In this document: piece by piece, positions 37,985-40,867 of the stretch
How the letters are laid out: every line of letters starts with the position of its first letter
How positions within the stretch are numbered: position 1 is the stretch's first letter
NCBI GenBank assembly: GCA_043739185.1
Contig: JAYUEN010000270.1
Coordinates: 1-40,867, forward strand
DNA: 40,867 bases
Direction of reading: 5' to 3'
Source of the DNA: Bdellovibrionales bacterium
GTDB lineage: Bacteria > Bdellovibrionota > Bdellovibrionia > Bdellovibrionales > JAMPXM01
The notes under the pieces: generated by a model
Seen by the model: only the letters and a program-made list of their open reading frames with translations
What the model was told of the DNA's origin: nothing
Databases searched by the model: none
Position numbers and translations under genes: made by a program

Positions 37985-39661
37985 ATGATTAAATTGTTTA
38001 TCATATTTGCAATGCTTGCCAGTTTTGAATTCACGCAAGCCCATGCCTTTGATCAATGCGACCTCAAGAATCTCACAGAACAGTTAAAGAAAATGAAAGC
38101 CGAGTCTGAACGAGTCAGCTCCAGACCTGAAATTCAAAAAGCAAAGCCCGCACTTATTCAGCAATTGAATTGGGTTGAAAGTCCAGCTTCTTTACCTCAA
38201 AGTCCTATAAGATCACCAGATAGTCTTGATTTTAAAATCAAGCTCTCACAAATGTTAGAGCCTTTGCAATTAAGTGATCGATTTAAAATGGCGCTAATTG
38301 CAAATTCAGATGCAATCCCGAGTTCACTTGGGGAAGATCAGCAAGACAAGGCTTATCCGATTTGGCCGTGGCCTCCTGAAAACCCAAAAGCAGGCTTTGC
38401 CAGAGTCAAACCATCTGAGTTTAAAGTGAAAATGAAAGCCTTATTAGGCGAAGTTCAATATCAAGAATTTGCCGATCTTTTTCCTTCACAATTTAGTTTT
38501 GCTAGTCTTGAAGAGATTGAACCTACTCATTTGAGCAGTGAAAAGGAAAAGAGAATTTTTAATTTTGTCACCGAGCAATTTGTCAAATTAGTGAAGGCAG
38601 GACGCGCGGATTCAGATTTAGGTAGTTCGGATAAAGATTTGATTCTTAAAATTCAATCTGTTCGCTTGCTTAGTTATACCGAAAAGGATCTCTTTAAAAA
38701 AGCCTGTACTCTAGATTTTGGCGCTAAATATGATCCCAGCGGTCACTTCGCCGTCATCTGCGGAGAAGTGTCTGAAGCAGGGGCAATTAAAGATTTAAGT
38801 AAGCAAATGGCTAAAATTGTAGAGCCCTGTTCTTCTCAGTTTGCCCTGTATGAGGTCAATATTTCTGAATTTAAAAAAATGCTGAGTCAAAGCGAAGGGA
38901 TTGAAGGCTCCAAGAATTTTCCTTTCGGATTTTATCATATTTGCGATCAGCTTTTAAAAGGCGCAGAATTGACTGGGCTCATTGATGGCGAGGTCTTTGA
39001 TAATGAGTTAAGTGATGGCGATGAAATTCGGAAGCTGTTAATTCAAAAAGGAGTTCTAAAAGAGAAAATAGCTGGGACTGAATTTTTGCAATATCCATTC
39101 AAAATGACATTGAGCTGTTACTCTACGGGAGCGCAAGCCTACAAAAGCCCTAGTGATTCTCAATTTCAGAATTTCGTAAGCGATAGTATTCGCCAAAAAC
39201 AAAACAAGGCTGGCTCCTTTTACAGTGCAGAATCAGAGCGAAAAACACTTTTGCAAGCACTTCAAAAACATCCGCACTGCAATCGTGTTGGTCCGATGAG
39301 CCAAATGAATGAGGTTATGAATACGTGGGCGTCTGCTCGTATTGTTGATCAATATTTCAAAGAACATCCTGAAAAAGAAAGCCTTTCGGCTTTTGCGGAC
39401 GTCATAGACGTATTTAAATTCAATGCGAGCGACAAACAGAGCGATGGTCCTTTTTACAAAGAGACTGTAAAAGAGGCCATTACCGCATTAGAGGACTCTT
39501 CTTTTGAGCTGAGAGAACGCCAAAAAATTGAAGCTTTTTATTTAAAGGCATCAGCTATCCGCAAAGTATTGAGTTGTAAAGATGAAGCGGTGACGAATTG
39601 CTTAGGTTCATTTGAATCTGAATTGAGAAGACAACATAAATCGACGGGAGTATCAAAGTGA
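37985..39661 (+). CDS. Secreted Cys-containing hypothetical protein
   Basis: Signal peptide ending AHA; 558-aa ORF. Confidence 0.75.
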   Translation: MIKLFIIFAMLASFEFTQAHAFDQCDLKNLTEQLKKMKAESERVSSRPEIQKAKPALIQQLNWVESPASLPQSPIRSPDSLDFKIKLSQMLEPLQLSDRFKMALIANSDAIPSSLGEDQQDKAYPIWPWPPENPKAGFARVKPSEFKVKMKALLGEVQYQEFADLFPSQFSFASLEEIEPTHLSSEKEKRIFNFVTEQFVKLVKAGRADSDLGSSDKDLILKIQSVRLLSYTEKDLFKKACTLDFGAKYDPSGHFAVICGEVSEAGAIKDLSKQMAKIVEPCSSQFALYEVNISEFKKMLSQSEGIEGSKNFPFGFYHICDQLLKGAELTGLIDGEVFDNELSDGDEIRKLLIQKGVLKEKIAGTEFLQYPFKMTLSCYSTGAQAYKSPSDSQFQNFVSDSIRQKQNKAGSFYSAESERKTLLQALQKHPHCNRVGPMSQMNEVMNTWASARIVDQYFKEHPEKESLSAFADVIDVFKFNASDKQSDGPFYKETVKEAITALEDSSFELRERQKIEAFYLKASAIRKVLSCKDEAVTNCLGSFESELRRQHKSTGVSK

Positions 39662-40143
39662 AGTTTCAAAAAAAGAAATATTTTTTAATAGCGTATCTTT
39701 TTCTCTTCTCAAAATTTGCAGAAGCTGAGGTGCCAAACGTTGATCTGAAAAATCTCTCAGCTGGTAAATCCGAATTCACTAAAGTTGAGTTTGGCCGAGA
39801 TGTTAAAGAGGGTGTGGTTCTAATCAAGCAAATGGCCTTTGGTAAACCCGCTTATACCATTTCTTATTTTGCCGGAGGCCGGCCCATTAAGACGAGAGTT
39901 TTGATTAAATCCTATTACCAAAACCTACTTGAGCAGGCTAGTCGCCTCGACCCTATATTCAAAGATCGAAAACCTGCGACTTCGGTTCCTTGCAGACAAG
40001 CAATCAGGCGGATATCGAGAGATGAAAATGCCAAAATATCAGAACGCCGGGGCTGTCTTGAAAATCAAAGTAAATCTCAATCCGAACTGTTCGTGAAATG
40101 GATTAGTAGTATGAAAAATTTCACCAGTGGGAAGGGAATATAG
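39658..40143 (+). CDS. Small basic secreted hypothetical protein
   Basis: GTG start overlapping the upstream TGA, GGAG RBS, signal peptide ending AEA, and a Cys pair. Confidence 0.7.
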   Translation: MKFQKKKYFLIAYLFLFSKFAEAEVPNVDLKNLSAGKSEFTKVEFGRDVKEGVVLIKQMAFGKPAYTISYFAGGRPIKTRVLIKSYYQNLLEQASRLDPIFKDRKPATSVPCRQAIRRISRDENAKISERRGCLENQSKSQSELFVKWISSMKNFTSGKGI

Positions 40144-40867
40144 TTGAGACTAAACGTCCTACGAGCACTTATTTTAAAAAGTATCGTATTCTCGTTTGTA
40201 TTTACAGATGAGTCCCTGGCTTTAGAAGTTGATCCCTGTAGTATTGAAAACTTAACTCAGCAATGTCGTATCTTTGAAGACAATAAATCTCCCAAAATCA
40301 CATTTCCCGATGGTACATTTATTTGGAATCTTTTTGCGCTTGAAAAGCAAAAGTCAGAATCTCCTGAAAAACAGCGTCTTAAACTATATGATGAAGAACT
40401 CGATAAAAAAATAAAAGTTTCTCAGATTTTAGAAAAGATTCCGGATTCAAGATTGAGTGCTCGTTTTAAAATGGCACTGGTGACTGAACCTCGAATTTTA
40501 CAAGAGGCTTTTTTGCGGGATGCAGTTCATTCGGCCCATTTACCCTGGCCGGCAAATCAAAAAGATGCAGAAGAAAGAGAAATTTCAGCTGATGAGCTCA
40601 AAGCTTCGATAGGAAAATTATTTAAACCTGAAGAACTTGCGAGTTTAAGAGAAGTTTTAAAATTTCAAGATGTCGCCAGTAATGATCAAGATTCTTTGAG
40701 TATCCTCGATACGAGTACGCAAATCAGTATAACACGCCTCAAAATAGTTCAGGGTTTGATTGAGTATGTAAGATCTGAAATTGTTGATCAGATTTTAGAT
40801 GGCAGAAAAGAAGAAACCATAGCTAGTGAGGAAAAGGCATTAATCAAGAAAATCCGAAGTATTCAAT
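40144..40867 (+). CDS. Partial secreted protein, paralogue of 37985..39661 (runs off the window end)
   Basis: Manual translation from TTG 40144 is open to the end: MRLNVLRALILKSIVFSFVFTDESLALEVDPCSIENLTQQC...KIKVSQILE...RFKMAL...LPWP...KKIRSIQ. Confidence 0.75.
   Translation, partial: MRLNVLRALILKSIVFSFVFTDESLALEVDPCSIENLTQQCRIFEDNKSPKITFPDGTFIWNLFALEKQKSESPEKQRLKLYDEELDKKIKVSQILEKIPDSRLSARFKMALVTEPRILQEAFLRDAVHSAHLPWPANQKDAEEREISADELKASIGKLFKPEELASLREVLKFQDVASNDQDSLSILDTSTQISITRLKIVQGLIEYVRSEIVDQILDGRKEETIASEEKALIKKIRSIQ

Overview
AT-rich bacterial chromosomal window, probably Bdellovibrionota/Oligoflexia-like. The taxon is inferred from protein family styles and sigma28-like promoters and is not verified. 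From left to right it holds: a long hairpin at the window start; a BatA-like VWA gene coupled to a NitT/TauT-type ABC transporter; an alpha/beta hydrolase; DUF2252; ApbE; a VWA-like lipoprotein; and MgtC. Next is a self-contained molybdenum cofactor island (modABC, moaE, moeA, moaCB, moaA, then divergent moeB-rhodanese, moaD, fdhD, a hypothetical gene, an FdhF/YdeP enzyme and mobA). Its fdhD is interrupted by one in-frame TAG. A ~14 kb divergent MSHA-like type IV filament locus follows. It has seven pilin-like genes (three six-cysteine paralogues and two domain-extended GspG-like pilins among them), an MshEN-type ATPase and candidate sigma28 promoters. The window ends with a duplicated receiver-like/PilZ-like protein and two paralogous secreted proteins, one of which looks like a dead zincin. 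No rRNA, tRNA, CRISPR array or mobile element was seen.
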